From Longimicrobiales bacterium (lineage in GTDB: Bacteria; Gemmatimonadota; Gemmatimonadetes; Longimicrobiales; Gaopeijiaceae): a stretch of 64,000 nt of DNA. This document shows, piece after piece, positions 30,038 to 39,514 of this stretch. The position numbers were made by a program, and so were the translations under genes. The number at the start of each line of letters is the position of its first letter. Within the stretch, counting starts at the first letter, position 1. The stretch covers positions 448,001-512,000 of the forward strand of contig CBDCNQ010000004.1 in the NCBI GenBank assembly GCA_965219445.1. Reading direction: 5' to 3'. The notes beneath the pieces were generated by a model that was not told the origin of the DNA, searched no databases, and was given only the letters and a program-made list of their open reading frames with translations.

Positions 30038-31419
30038 CAGCGCTCCGTATCCTCTGATATGGCTTTGGCCAACGCCGTGAAGCGGGAACCACGCTCCTCG
30101 TAACTCGCGAACATGTCATAGCTGGAGCATGCCGGTGATAGCAGGACGGTGGTCCCTGGGGCCGCACGTTGGGCAGCGGCCTCCATGACCTCGTCAAATC
30201 CCTCGTGCAGCAACTCCACTGGCACATGACCGTCCAGAGCTTGGAAGATGCGCCGCCCGGCCTGGCCGTAGGTCAGCACATGGGCATCGGCCTTCGAGAG
30301 CGCCTCAACAAGCGCCGAGAAATCCTCGCCCTTGTCCTTTCCGCCGAGCAGAACGAGCAGCGTCCCCTCCAGACTGGAAATGGCGGAGCGGGCCGCGGCC
30401 ACGTTCGTGGCCTTGGAATCGTTGACCCACCGAACACCCTTTGCCTCGGCCACCTTCTCGGTACGGTGCGGCAGCGGCTCGGCCGTCGCCAAACCCCGTC
30501 GAATGGATTCTGTGGAGGCGCCTGCCAGCCCAGCGGTCGCCGCCGCGGCTAAGGCGTTTTCCACATTGTGAGCTCCGAGGAGGGCGATGTCGTCGACGGG
30601 GCCCAGCGACTCCCCAGCCCCGGATAGGTCGAGCATCACCATATCACCGTCGAGGTAGGCGCCCCGACGGCCGCTGCTCGTCCTGCTGAAATAGAAACAA
30701 CGGCCGGAAACGCCCTCCGCGAGAGCGGTGACGTTCGCGTCATCCCCGTTCAGAACCCACCGGCTGTTCTCGTCGGCGTTACGGAAGAGGTTGGATTTAT
30801 CGGCGTAGTAAGCGTCCACGGACGAATACCAGTCGAGATGATCCGGAGCCAGATTCGTCACCACGCCGATGTCCGGCTTGAATCGATCGATCGCCCCCAA
30901 CTGGAACGAGCTCATCTCCACGACATACCAAGCGGGGCTGCGCTCCCGGAGTGCGAGCTCGGAGGCGGGAGGGCCGAACGCGGCACCGATGTTCCCGCCA
31001 AGAGCCACGTCGAGCCCGTCCTCTTCGAGCAGATGCGCCAGCAAGGCTGCCGTGGTCGTCTTGCCGTTCGTTCCGGTCACAGCGATCAGTGGACCATCGA
31101 AGAACCGAAAGGCGAACTCAGGCTCCGAGATCCAACGTACGCCCCGGTCGCCGAGCTCACTGAGCACCGGAGCGTCTGGACGGATGCCTGGACTGACCAC
31201 GACCGTGGCGGCGGCCGCGATGCGATCGATCGGGTGTTCTCCCAGGTCGATCTCGGCTCCGAGCTCTCGGAGCTCGGCTCCACGAGCATGAGTTGAGGCG
31301 TCAGTGCGCAGATCCGACACATGGACTTCTCCTCCCGTTTCGAGTGCTAATCGCGCCGCAGCCCGTCCGGACTCGGCCAAGCCGACGACGGCAACCGTTT
31401 CGCCTTCCGGCGTGTTCAC
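30037..31419 (-). CDS. murD: UDP-MurNAc-L-Ala--D-glutamate ligase
   Basis: VTGTNGKTTT, GGNIG, EMSSFQL, NDSKATN, LLSPACSSYDMF. Confidence 0.96.
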   Translation of the reverse strand: MNTPEGETVAVVGLAESGRAAARLALETGGEVHVSDLRTDASTHARGAELRELGAEIDLGEHPIDRIAAAATVVVSPGIRPDAPVLSELGDRGVRWISEPEFAFRFFDGPLIAVTGTNGKTTTAALLAHLLEEDGLDVALGGNIGAAFGPPASELALRERSPAWYVVEMSSFQLGAIDRFKPDIGVVTNLAPDHLDWYSSVDAYYADKSNLFRNADENSRWVLNGDDANVTALAEGVSGRCFYFSRTSSGRRGAYLDGDMVMLDLSGAGESLGPVDDIALLGAHNVENALAAAATAGLAGASTESIRRGLATAEPLPHRTEKVAEAKGVRWVNDSKATNVAAARSAISSLEGTLLVLLGGKDKGEDFSALVEALSKADAHVLTYGQAGRRIFQALDGHVPVELLHEGFDEVMEAAAQRAAPGTTVLLSPACSSYDMFASYEERGSRFTALAKAISEDTER

Positions 31420-31431
31420 AACGCGTGTTCC

Positions 31432-32538
31432 TCAACGGATCTTGAGCGCGCTGAACGCCAACATCGCGCACAGAATTCCCATGATCCAAAAACGGACGAC
31501 GACCTTGCTCTCCGGCCATCCCGCCTGCTCGAAGTGGTGATGGATCGGAGCCATTCTGAAGAGCTTTCGAGGGGTGCCGTACTTGGCCCTCGTATATCGG
31601 AAGTAGCCGACCTGGAGGACCACCGAGAGCACCTCCATGACGAAGACACCCCCGACGATCACCAGGAGAAACTCCGCCTTGAGCAGGATGGCCATGACCC
31701 CGACGGCGCCTCCCAGAGCAAGCGAACCCGTGTCGCCCATGAAGACCTCGGCGGGATGCGCATTGAACCAAAGGAAACCGAGGCAGCCGCCGGCTAGGCC
31801 GAGAGCGAGCACCGACAGTTCCCCCGCGCCAGGCAAGTAGAAGAGCCCCAGGTACGCGGAGCTATCCACGCGGCCCAGCAGATAAGCAAAGATCCCGAAC
31901 GTGGCCGCCGCGATCGCCGTCAGGCCGGCCGCCAGCCCGTCGAGCCCATCCGTGAGGTTCACCCCGTTGGAGCTGGCGGAAATCACCAGCGCCACGAACG
32001 GCACATAGACCCACGGGTGGAAAACCAACGCGATGTCGGAAAAGAACGGCACCATGGTGTGGTTCGGGGGCACGGGAGAGATCGGACGGAGGACCAGGAA
32101 GAGCCCCAAGCCCAGTCCGAACGTCAACTGCCCCAACATCTTATAGCGGGCGATCAGGCCCGCCGTCCGCCCCTGAACGACTTTGAGGTAGTCGTCCATG
32201 AAGCCGAGAGCCCCCATCATCACGAGGCTCAGAAGCGCCAGCACCGTATACCAGTTGGTCAACTCGGCCCATAGAAGCGTGGAAACGCTCGCCGACATGA
32301 CGATCAGGGCCCCGCCCATCGTCGGTGTCCCGGCTTTGGGAAGATGTGTCTCCGGCCCCTCCTCACGAACGACTTCACCAATGTGGAACTGCCTGAGGAA
32401 GCGGATGGTCATCGGCCCCAGTACGAAGGCGAGCACCAGCGACGTCACGAGCGCGCCGGCGGCCCGGAACGTGATGAAGCGGAAGAGGTTGAACACGATA
32501 TGGACGTCGGCCAAGCCAGGGAGCAGGTGATACAGCAT
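31432..32538 (-). CDS. mraY: Phospho-N-acetylmuramoyl-pentapeptide transferase
   Basis: KAGTPTMGG, GFMDDYLK, NLTDGLDGLA, FMGDTGSL, MAPIHHHFE. Confidence 0.97.
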   Translation of the reverse strand: MLYHLLPGLADVHIVFNLFRFITFRAAGALVTSLVLAFVLGPMTIRFLRQFHIGEVVREEGPETHLPKAGTPTMGGALIVMSASVSTLLWAELTNWYTVLALLSLVMMGALGFMDDYLKVVQGRTAGLIARYKMLGQLTFGLGLGLFLVLRPISPVPPNHTMVPFFSDIALVFHPWVYVPFVALVISASSNGVNLTDGLDGLAAGLTAIAAATFGIFAYLLGRVDSSAYLGLFYLPGAGELSVLALGLAGGCLGFLWFNAHPAEVFMGDTGSLALGGAVGVMAILLKAEFLLVIVGGVFVMEVLSVVLQVGYFRYTRAKYGTPRKLFRMAPIHHHFEQAGWPESKVVVRFWIMGILCAMLAFSALKIR

Positions 32539-33926
32539 CAGGCCTCGACCCCCCCGGAGCCTTGCGTCGATCCACCGAAGTCGTCCTCGAACAGAGGAAT
32601 CAGTCGTTCCAATGCCACGCCTCGCGACGCCTTCATCAGTAGGACTTCGTCACCAGCTAGCCTTCCGCGGAGCTTGTCATACGCTTCGAGCGGATCCGCT
32701 ACGGAAAGGATCGTCGACCCGCCCACAGCGGCCCCGGCGAACTCGCCGGTGGCGACGAGCAGGTCCAACCCGAGTGCGGACGCTTCGCGCAGGAGCACCG
32801 TGTGGAGGTCCTCGTTACGGGCTCCGAGCTCGAGCATGCTGCCGAGAACCGCCACTTTGGGCCGGCCAGGCTCGATATCGACGAGCAGGTCCAACGCAGC
32901 GCGCAAACTCTGCGGGTTCGCGTTGTAGCAGTCGAGGATCAGCGTGAGTCCGCCGATCTGCCTGATCTCTCCGCGCATGGGACCGGCCTCGACGCGTCCG
33001 ACGCCGCGGGTGGCCTCGGCAGCGGGGACGTCCAGCAGTTCGGCTACGGTGAGCGCGAGAAGGGCGTTCTGGACCGAGTGGCGTCCCGGAACTCGCAGAT
33101 GCACCGGCTCCCCTCGCCAGATGAAGCTCCAGCATCCCTGCTCGTCCATCGAGGACTCGCCCGGGCGATACCCGGCGTCCGCACCCGCACCAAGGCCAAC
33201 GACCAGGACGTCATGGCGAATGTGGCCTGCCTGACCGGAGAGGGCAGCGGGCTCATCGCCCACGATCGCGGTACCGTCATCCGGGAGTCCCCGTAGGAGG
33301 TCGAGTTTCTCTTCGAGCACGCCCTCGAGGGACCCCAGCTTCTCGATGTGGGTCTCGGAGACGGTCGTCACGACGCCGATCTGCGGTTCGGCGATCCGTG
33401 TGAGAGCAGCGATCTCCCCCGGCTCGTTCGTCCCCATTTCGAGCACGACGACCTCGACATCATCGGGAGCGTCGAGCAGCGTCAAGGGCAGGCCGATACG
33501 GTTGTTGAGGTTTTCCGATGTGGCGTGGACCCGGCGCGATCCCTCGATGGCTGCCCGGGTCAGCTCCTTGGTTCCTGTCTTTCCGGAGGATCCAGTGATG
33601 CCCACCACGACGGCATCGAGGCTCCTCCGGCGATGTCCGGCGAGTTGCCCGAGCGCCAGCAGCGTGTCTTCCACGGAGTAGACGCGGGCGCCATCCGCCT
33701 CTACAGGTCGCGCCACCACCGCGCCCCGTGCTCCCCGGCCGAAGGCGTCGGACACATAGTTGTGTCCGTCGAAGTTGTCCCCGCTCAGGGCAACGAACAG
33801 GTTCCCCTCACGAATCGTACGACTGTCCGTCGAGATGCCTGTGAAGACGAGGCTGCAGTCGTCCTGAGGTGCGACGTCCAGGGCAGATCTCACCTGCTCG
33901 TCCGTCCATACGAAGGGAGGGTTCAT
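32538..33926 (-). CDS. murF: UDP-MurNAc-tripeptide--D-Ala-D-Ala ligase
   Basis: TDSR, FDGH, ITGSSGKT, NNRIGLP, DCYNANP, KASRG. Confidence 0.96.
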   Translation of the reverse strand: MNPPFVWTDEQVRSALDVAPQDDCSLVFTGISTDSRTIREGNLFVALSGDNFDGHNYVSDAFGRGARGAVVARPVEADGARVYSVEDTLLALGQLAGHRRRSLDAVVVGITGSSGKTGTKELTRAAIEGSRRVHATSENLNNRIGLPLTLLDAPDDVEVVVLEMGTNEPGEIAALTRIAEPQIGVVTTVSETHIEKLGSLEGVLEEKLDLLRGLPDDGTAIVGDEPAALSGQAGHIRHDVLVVGLGAGADAGYRPGESSMDEQGCWSFIWRGEPVHLRVPGRHSVQNALLALTVAELLDVPAAEATRGVGRVEAGPMRGEIRQIGGLTLILDCYNANPQSLRAALDLLVDIEPGRPKVAVLGSMLELGARNEDLHTVLLREASALGLDLLVATGEFAGAAVGGSTILSVADPLEAYDKLRGRLAGDEVLLMKASRGVALERLIPLFEDDFGGSTQGSGGVEA

Positions 33927-35407
33927 GCCATGTCCCCCATCCGGCCGAGGTGCTCCTCGACGATCAGTCTCTCGTCGAACGGCTCGCGCTCGGTGCCAAT
34001 GACCTGATATCGCTCGTGTCCCTTGCCGGCGAGCAGCACTAGGTCCTCGGAGCCGGCTTGCGCGAGCGCGTAGCCGATGGCTTCACGGCGGTCGGCCAAC
34101 CGCTCGAATGGGGAGCCGTTCATTCCCGGTACGATGTCATCGATGATGGCTTCCGGATCCTCCGTCCGGGGATTGTCGGACGTGATCACCACCAAATCCG
34201 CCACTCGAGCGACGGCCCGTGCCATGTCGGGCCTCTTTCCGCGGTCACGGTCACCGCCCGCGCCGAATACGACGATCAGGCGCCCCGACGTGAGCGGGCG
34301 CATCGTGGTGAGGACACGACGAAGTGCGTCGGGGGTGTGCGCGAAATCGATCACCACCACGAAAGGCTTTCGGGCGACCACCTCGAGTCGGCCCGGAATC
34401 TGCGGTGTGCTGGCGAGACGGTCGGCCACGGCCTCGAGGGACATGCCGGCCACCGCACCTACACTCGCCGCCGCCAAGCAATTTTCGACATTGAAAAGGC
34501 CGATGAGCGGAAGATCGACGTCGACCTCTCCCGCTTCGCCCCCCATGCGGAACTTGGTTCCGGACAGATCCGACTCGGTCCCGCCCGCACGAAGGTCAGC
34601 CGGTTCGTCGATGCCGTAGGTGACCGTGCGGATCCCTTGGATGGGCAGATCCTTCCAGTGCGCGTCGTCAGCGTTGACGACCACGCACCCCTCCTTCTTC
34701 ATGAGATTGAGAAGGTGGGCCTTGGCCCTGAAATACGCCGCCATATCAGCGTGATAATCCAGGTGGTCCTGGGACAAATTGGTGAAGACCACTGCATCGA
34801 AACGCATCCCGTCGAGACGCTTCTGCTCGAGTGCGTGGGAGGACGCCTCCACGGTCACTGAGCCAACGCCCCCGTCGGCCAGATCCGCCAACCAGGTGGA
34901 GACCGCCACGGGGCCCGGCGTCGTGAGGCCTTCGGTTCCTTCCCTCACCGAACCGTCGGGCTCGACGAGCCCAAGTGTGCCCAGCGCCGCCGACGCACCC
35001 TGGGAGCCGAGGAGGTGTTGCGCCAGAAGGGCCGTGGTCGTCTTGCCGTTCGTGCCGGTCACCCCGACGGTGTACAAGCTGGCCCACGGAGAGCCGAGGA
35101 CGGTGTCCGCGGCCAGGGCGGCGGCCAAACGGCCATCCGACACCTCTACCTGCGGAATCTCGGCCTCGGGAACATACCGCTCCACCACGGCTGCAGCCGC
35201 ACCCATCTCGGCGGCCTGAGCTACGAAGCCATGGGCGTCCCAAGCGGATCCGCTCCAAGCCAGAAAGAGGTTTCCGGGCTCGACCGTGCGCGAATCCTGT
35301 GTCACACCAGAAATTTCCACGTCAGTCGAACCGTGAATCTTTTCGGTCAGGCCGGCCGCCCCGAGCGCGGCGGTGACGACCTCAAGAGCGGACGACGACC
35401 TAGTCAT
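33923..35407 (-). CDS. murE: UDP-MurNAc-L-Ala-D-Glu--meso-diaminopimelate ligase
   Basis: VTGTNGKTTT, EASSH, DFAHTPD, SDNPR (DAP-specific DNPR motif), AGKGHE. Confidence 0.96.
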   Translation of the reverse strand: MTRSSSALEVVTAALGAAGLTEKIHGSTDVEISGVTQDSRTVEPGNLFLAWSGSAWDAHGFVAQAAEMGAAAAVVERYVPEAEIPQVEVSDGRLAAALAADTVLGSPWASLYTVGVTGTNGKTTTALLAQHLLGSQGASAALGTLGLVEPDGSVREGTEGLTTPGPVAVSTWLADLADGGVGSVTVEASSHALEQKRLDGMRFDAVVFTNLSQDHLDYHADMAAYFRAKAHLLNLMKKEGCVVVNADDAHWKDLPIQGIRTVTYGIDEPADLRAGGTESDLSGTKFRMGGEAGEVDVDLPLIGLFNVENCLAAASVGAVAGMSLEAVADRLASTPQIPGRLEVVARKPFVVVIDFAHTPDALRRVLTTMRPLTSGRLIVVFGAGGDRDRGKRPDMARAVARVADLVVITSDNPRTEDPEAIIDDIVPGMNGSPFERLADRREAIGYALAQAGSEDLVLLAGKGHERYQVIGTEREPFDERLIVEEHLGRMGDMA

Positions 35408-37451
35408 CGCTGCTCCGTCCCACCGACGCCACCCGCACGGTGTCGCCCGGCATCAAGATCGAGCCGGCCTCGGGCGCCATGTGTCGTGCCACGCCGGATC
35501 CATCCCACTCAACCCGCAGCCCCGCTTCGTGGATGCGGCGAGCCGCCGCCCGAGCGGAGAGTCCCAAAACGTTCGGAACCCTTACAGTAGCTCTCTCCTC
35601 GTGCAGCCCCGGTGCGCGCCATGTCGACACGCTCAACTCTCGCGTCGCGGTCGATCCTGGACTCGCAGCCAGCTGGAGTGCGGCGAATCGCGCTACGAGA
35701 GGCGCCTCACCACCGTCACCCTCTCCTGAGGAAGCGTCGGGCTGTGAAGGGGTGCCTAACTCCCCAGCCCTGGCAATCTCCGCGAGAGCCCGACGATCGA
35801 TGGGTGTCTGCTGAGCAGCCAGAACGGCTTCCATCGTGGCCCGAGTTACCGGGGCCGCCGCCGATCCCCCGTAGTACTCCCCTTGAGGTCGGTCCAACTT
35901 GACCATGACCACGAGCTGCGGGTCTTCCGCGGGGAAGAATCCGACGAACGAAGAGAAGTAATCCCCTGTCTGATAGGCCCCGTCCAACCAAGCGCGTGTC
36001 GTGCCGCTCTTGCCAGCCACCTTGAAGGTTGCGAGGCGGGCACGCGTTCCCGTTCCGACCTCGACTGCGTCGACGAGCACATCGGCCACATCGCGCGCCA
36101 CGCCCGTTGAGACGACCCTCCGCACCATGCGGGGTCGGAAGCGAGCGGTCACCTTGCCGTTCGAGTCCCGGAACTCCCGCACGAGCCGTGGCTCCATGAG
36201 CAGGCCTCCGTTGGCCAGGGCTCCGTAGGCCATGGCCATCTGGAGAGGGGTCACGGCAACTTCATATCCGATGGCGAGAGACGCCGAGGATTGCCCGCTC
36301 CAACGCTCTGGACGGCGCAGGGTGCCTCTTCCCTCCCCGGGCAGGCCGATACCCGTTGGCGCTCCGAGCCCGAAATCGCGGAGTGTCTGGTACTGGGCCG
36401 CGGGGCTCATGACCTGAGCGGCCTTCGCCACACCGACGTTCGAGGACACCTGCAGCGCCCGTGCTAGCGTCATGGGACCGTGGTCGATATTCACGTCCCG
36501 AATCGTCCGGCCCGCCACGGTCCACGAACCGGACTCCGTGTCGATCACGTCGTCGAGCGACGCCGACCCGGTCTGTAAGAGGCCCGCCACCGTGAGTGGC
36601 TTGAGCGTGGAGCCAGGCTCGTAGGGCGTGTTGATCGCCGACAGGCCGCTCGTGGACCCATCACGAAGCGAAACCATCGCCAGAATATCTCCGCTGCGCG
36701 GATCCGTGATGAGGAGGTCTCCACCCCGGGCCTCGGTCTCTCGAATCGCCTCCGTCAGCGCCTGCTGACCAATCTCCTGCAGGTCCACATCCAGTGTGAG
36801 AACGACCTGGCCGCCCTCCCGCGGTCCCTCCACGACGACGCTCTCCCCCGGGATCGGCTTGCCGGTGGGGTCTCGCGCCAGTACGGCCTGGCCAACGGCG
36901 CCCCGGAGGACCTTGTCGTACGCCTGTTCGACTCCCCCGGACGCCTCTCCGGACCGCACCACACCGAGAAGACCCCTGGCCAGGTCACCCTGGGGATAAA
37001 ATCGGCGGTGCTCACGCTCGAGGTACACGCCGGGAATGCCGTCGAGCGCTTCGCGAACAGAAGGCGGAAAGGTGTTCGGGAGGACCCGCCAAGACTTCGG
37101 TGATGTCGTAGCCCCACGTACGACGCGCTCATCCAGCCCCAGCGTCTCGACCAAGAGGTGCGTCACTGCATCGACGTCGCGGATCTCTTTGGGTGCGACG
37201 CTCACTCTGAAAGTCTCACGACTGGTGGCCAACTCGACCTCTGAGCGGTCGAGTACCGATCCCCGCACCGCGGCGATCTCCACGCTCGTGCGGTGCTGGC
37301 CTGCCGCCTGCTCCTTCCACAAGGGACCTTGGGCGACCTGGATCTGTCCGGCTCTGATGACGATCAGGCTTCCACTCAACAGCCAGCACGTGAGAAGCAC
37401 CCTGCGACGCACCCTCACCTTGGTCTCCATCGCACGCTTCCGGCGCCTCAC
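35400..37451 (-). CDS. ftsI: Class B penicillin-binding protein FtsI (PBP3) with a C-terminal PASTA domain
   Basis: YEPGSTLK (SxxK), SSNVG (SxN), GKSGT (KTG-like), C-terminal VPNVLGLS. Confidence 0.93.
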   Translation of the reverse strand: MRRRKRAMETKVRVRRRVLLTCWLLSGSLIVIRAGQIQVAQGPLWKEQAAGQHRTSVEIAAVRGSVLDRSEVELATSRETFRVSVAPKEIRDVDAVTHLLVETLGLDERVVRGATTSPKSWRVLPNTFPPSVREALDGIPGVYLEREHRRFYPQGDLARGLLGVVRSGEASGGVEQAYDKVLRGAVGQAVLARDPTGKPIPGESVVVEGPREGGQVVLTLDVDLQEIGQQALTEAIRETEARGGDLLITDPRSGDILAMVSLRDGSTSGLSAINTPYEPGSTLKPLTVAGLLQTGSASLDDVIDTESGSWTVAGRTIRDVNIDHGPMTLARALQVSSNVGVAKAAQVMSPAAQYQTLRDFGLGAPTGIGLPGEGRGTLRRPERWSGQSSASLAIGYEVAVTPLQMAMAYGALANGGLLMEPRLVREFRDSNGKVTARFRPRMVRRVVSTGVARDVADVLVDAVEVGTGTRARLATFKVAGKSGTTRAWLDGAYQTGDYFSSFVGFFPAEDPQLVVMVKLDRPQGEYYGGSAAAPVTRATMEAVLAAQQTPIDRRALAEIARAGELGTPSQPDASSGEGDGGEAPLVARFAALQLAASPGSTATRELSVSTWRAPGLHEERATVRVPNVLGLSARAAARRIHEAGLRVEWDGSGVARHMAPEAGSILMPGDTVRVASVGRSSDD

Positions 37452-37750
37452 CGGGCACCCCCCGACAGCAGCACCATCTCAGAGGCCTCCGGACGGTGCA
37501 TGCCGAGGTGTTCCTGAGCGACGGACGAGATTCGAGTCCGGCTGTCCAGGCCCTCTATCCGCCGAAGGAGCTCCGCCCGCTCCGATTCAGCGAGGGAAAG
37601 CGACCGCTCGACCTCGTCCAGCTCCGCCAGCGCTTCAAAGGCACGGCTCTGGCGCCACGTGACAAGACTCAAAGCCGAGAGAAGGCCTGAGAAGCCGAGA
37701 GCGAGTAGGCTCGGTGTGGCCCAAGAGCGTCCGGGACGGTGGCGCCTCAT
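37448..37750 (-). CDS. ftsL: Cell division protein FtsL
   Basis: Short TM plus coiled coil ending RI..VAQEHLGM; lies between rsmH and ftsI; ATGA overlap with the rsmH stop. Confidence 0.85.
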   Translation of the reverse strand: MRRHRPGRSWATPSLLALGFSGLLSALSLVTWRQSRAFEALAELDEVERSLSLAESERAELLRRIEGLDSRTRISSVAQEHLGMHRPEASEMVLLSGGAR

Positions 37751-38724
37751 CCCTTCCTCCAAACCCGAAGCCGGGCGCTACGGGCTCGAGGGTTTCGGCG
37801 CAACTCGATCTCACTCGGACGTACCGCCTTTCGGGTCAGCGCGCTCCCCAGCGGCCTGCCCCGACACGTGCACACCGGCATCCCGGGGGGGCAGACACAG
37901 GAGCGGCTCCAATCTCGAAAGGCGTTCTTTACAAGCCGATCCTCGAGCGAGTGGTAGGAGATCACCGCGAGCCGAGCATTCGGCGCCATCGCGTCACTAA
38001 ATGCACTGAGGCCACGTTCCAAGCATATGAGTTCGTCGTTTACAGCAATTCTCAGTGACTGGAAGATCCGTGCCTTTTCCTTGGCGCTCGGGACCCTGCC
38101 GAGCGTCCGGTAGAGGACACCGACCAAGTCGTCACTCGTCCGGAACAGTGTGGTGGCCCTACGGCCGGCGACGGCCCGTGCGAGCGCCCGGGAACGGGGC
38201 TCCTCCCCATACTCGTGGAAGATCCGTGCTAAAGCCTCTTCCGACTCGTAGTTCAGGATGTGGGCCGCGCTTGGTTCGTCCGCTTGCGTAGCGTCCATGC
38301 GCATGTCCAATTCGACACCGGCCCTGAAAGCGAAACCTCGCCGATCCGAGTCGAGTTGATGTGAGCTCACCCCCAGATCGAGGAGGACTCCCGCTAGGGG
38401 CTCCGAGAGGTCGGCGGCACGAAGCGCTTCGTCGAATCGGGCCTGGATGAATCCGACTCGATTTCCGAACGGGGCCAAGGTGGCCTTCGCCGCCTCCAGA
38501 GCCTCCGGGTCGCGGTCGACCGCGATGACCCTGCAGCTCGCGCATTCCGTCAGTAGTATGGCGGAGTGGCCTCCGCCTCCCACCGTACCGTCCAGATAAA
38601 CTCGGTCGCCGGAGGGAGCGATCGAGTCTATCACCTCTCTCACGAGCACGGGGTCGTGAAAACCCGCCGGCGACTCCGTCCACTCGCTCACAGGAGCCTC
38701 AGCCACTCGGAGAGGTAAAGACAT
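37747..38724 (-). CDS. rsmH: 16S rRNA m4C1402 methyltransferase RsmH (MraW)
   Basis: H.PVL, DGTVGGGGHS, DLGVSSHQLD, LDMRMD, ISYHSLEDR, NPRARSARLR. Confidence 0.97.
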   Translation of the reverse strand: MSLPLRVAEAPVSEWTESPAGFHDPVLVREVIDSIAPSGDRVYLDGTVGGGGHSAILLTECASCRVIAVDRDPEALEAAKATLAPFGNRVGFIQARFDEALRAADLSEPLAGVLLDLGVSSHQLDSDRRGFAFRAGVELDMRMDATQADEPSAAHILNYESEEALARIFHEYGEEPRSRALARAVAGRRATTLFRTSDDLVGVLYRTLGRVPSAKEKARIFQSLRIAVNDELICLERGLSAFSDAMAPNARLAVISYHSLEDRLVKNAFRDWSRSCVCPPGMPVCTCRGRPLGSALTRKAVRPSEIELRRNPRARSARLRVWRKG

Positions 38725-38727
38725 GGG

Positions 38728-39159
38728 TCACCCGAAGATTTGGTTGGAGAATTTCTCGAACTCGCCAGAACTGGTGCGCGCCACCCTCTCGAACTCATCG
38801 GGATGCCACAACTCGATTCGATCGATGTTCCCGACGAGTAGGACCCTTCCATCGAGTCCGGCCGCCTCCTGCAGCCAGGCGGGGATTAGAATCCGACCCT
38901 GCTTATCGGGCGAGACCTCGACCGCGCTCGACGTAATGGCCAGTATGTCCCCCCAGGCCTCGGGTTGATTTCTCCGGAACGTCAAGAGGCGCTCCTGCGC
39001 GGCAGCCCAGGATTCCACCGGAAAGAGCGTGAGGGCCGGCGCTCTCCACTGCAGTAAGACGAAGCGGTCACCGTCGGCCTCTCGACGAAACGCCGAGGGC
39101 AGACTGACCCGCCCCTTCTCATCCATCTGGAATTCATACCTGCCCAGAAAACTTGTCAC
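38728..39159 (-). CDS. mraZ: Transcriptional regulator MraZ
   Basis: FLG.Y...MDEKGRVSLP and DKQGRILIP (two DxxGR repeats), IELW; first gene of the dcw cluster. Confidence 0.96.
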   Translation of the reverse strand: MTSFLGRYEFQMDEKGRVSLPSAFRREADGDRFVLLQWRAPALTLFPVESWAAAQERLLTFRRNQPEAWGDILAITSSAVEVSPDKQGRILIPAWLQEAAGLDGRVLLVGNIDRIELWHPDEFERVARTSSGEFEKFSNQIFG

Positions 39160-39162
39160 GTC

Positions 39163-39196
39163 GTGGCATTCTGTGGGTTAAAGTGGTGCAAAGTAG
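39163..39196 (+). promoter_or_regulatory. Putative MraZ-binding direct repeats (GTGG-N6), directly upstream of mraZ
   Basis: GTGG at 39163, 39173 and 39183 and GTAG at 39193, an exact 10-bp period. MraZ is known to bind GTGG/TGGG repeats with 10-bp periodicity upstream of its own gene. Confidence 0.7.
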
Positions 39197-39452
39197 TACG
39201 ACAGGGACCAAGATACGCCTTTACTTCAAGAGACGTCAAGCTTTTCGACACCGATAGTTTTCGGGTTTTGTTTGGGTGTCCGAAGAAAGCCAGAATCGTA
39301 CAACTCACTGCACGTAATGGAGTTACGGGGTACTGACTCCACGATCGGACACGACGGATTCGGAAAAAATTGCAGTGAATGACGACCCGTAGGCCTTACC
39401 CACTCTCCTCCACTGGCACGGATCCGGAAGGCAGGCGTTGGCTGTCTACCCC

Positions 39453-39494
39453 AAAAAAAAAGGCGCCGCGGGAGAAAATCCCCCGCGGCGCCTT
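39453..39494 (-). terminator. Rho-independent terminator after the TPR gene
   Basis: Minus strand reads AAGGCGCCGCGGG-loop-CCCGCGGCGCC followed by a run of about 10 T. Confidence 0.85.
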
Positions 39495-39514
39495 CGGTGC
39501 TCGTCAGGTAGGAA

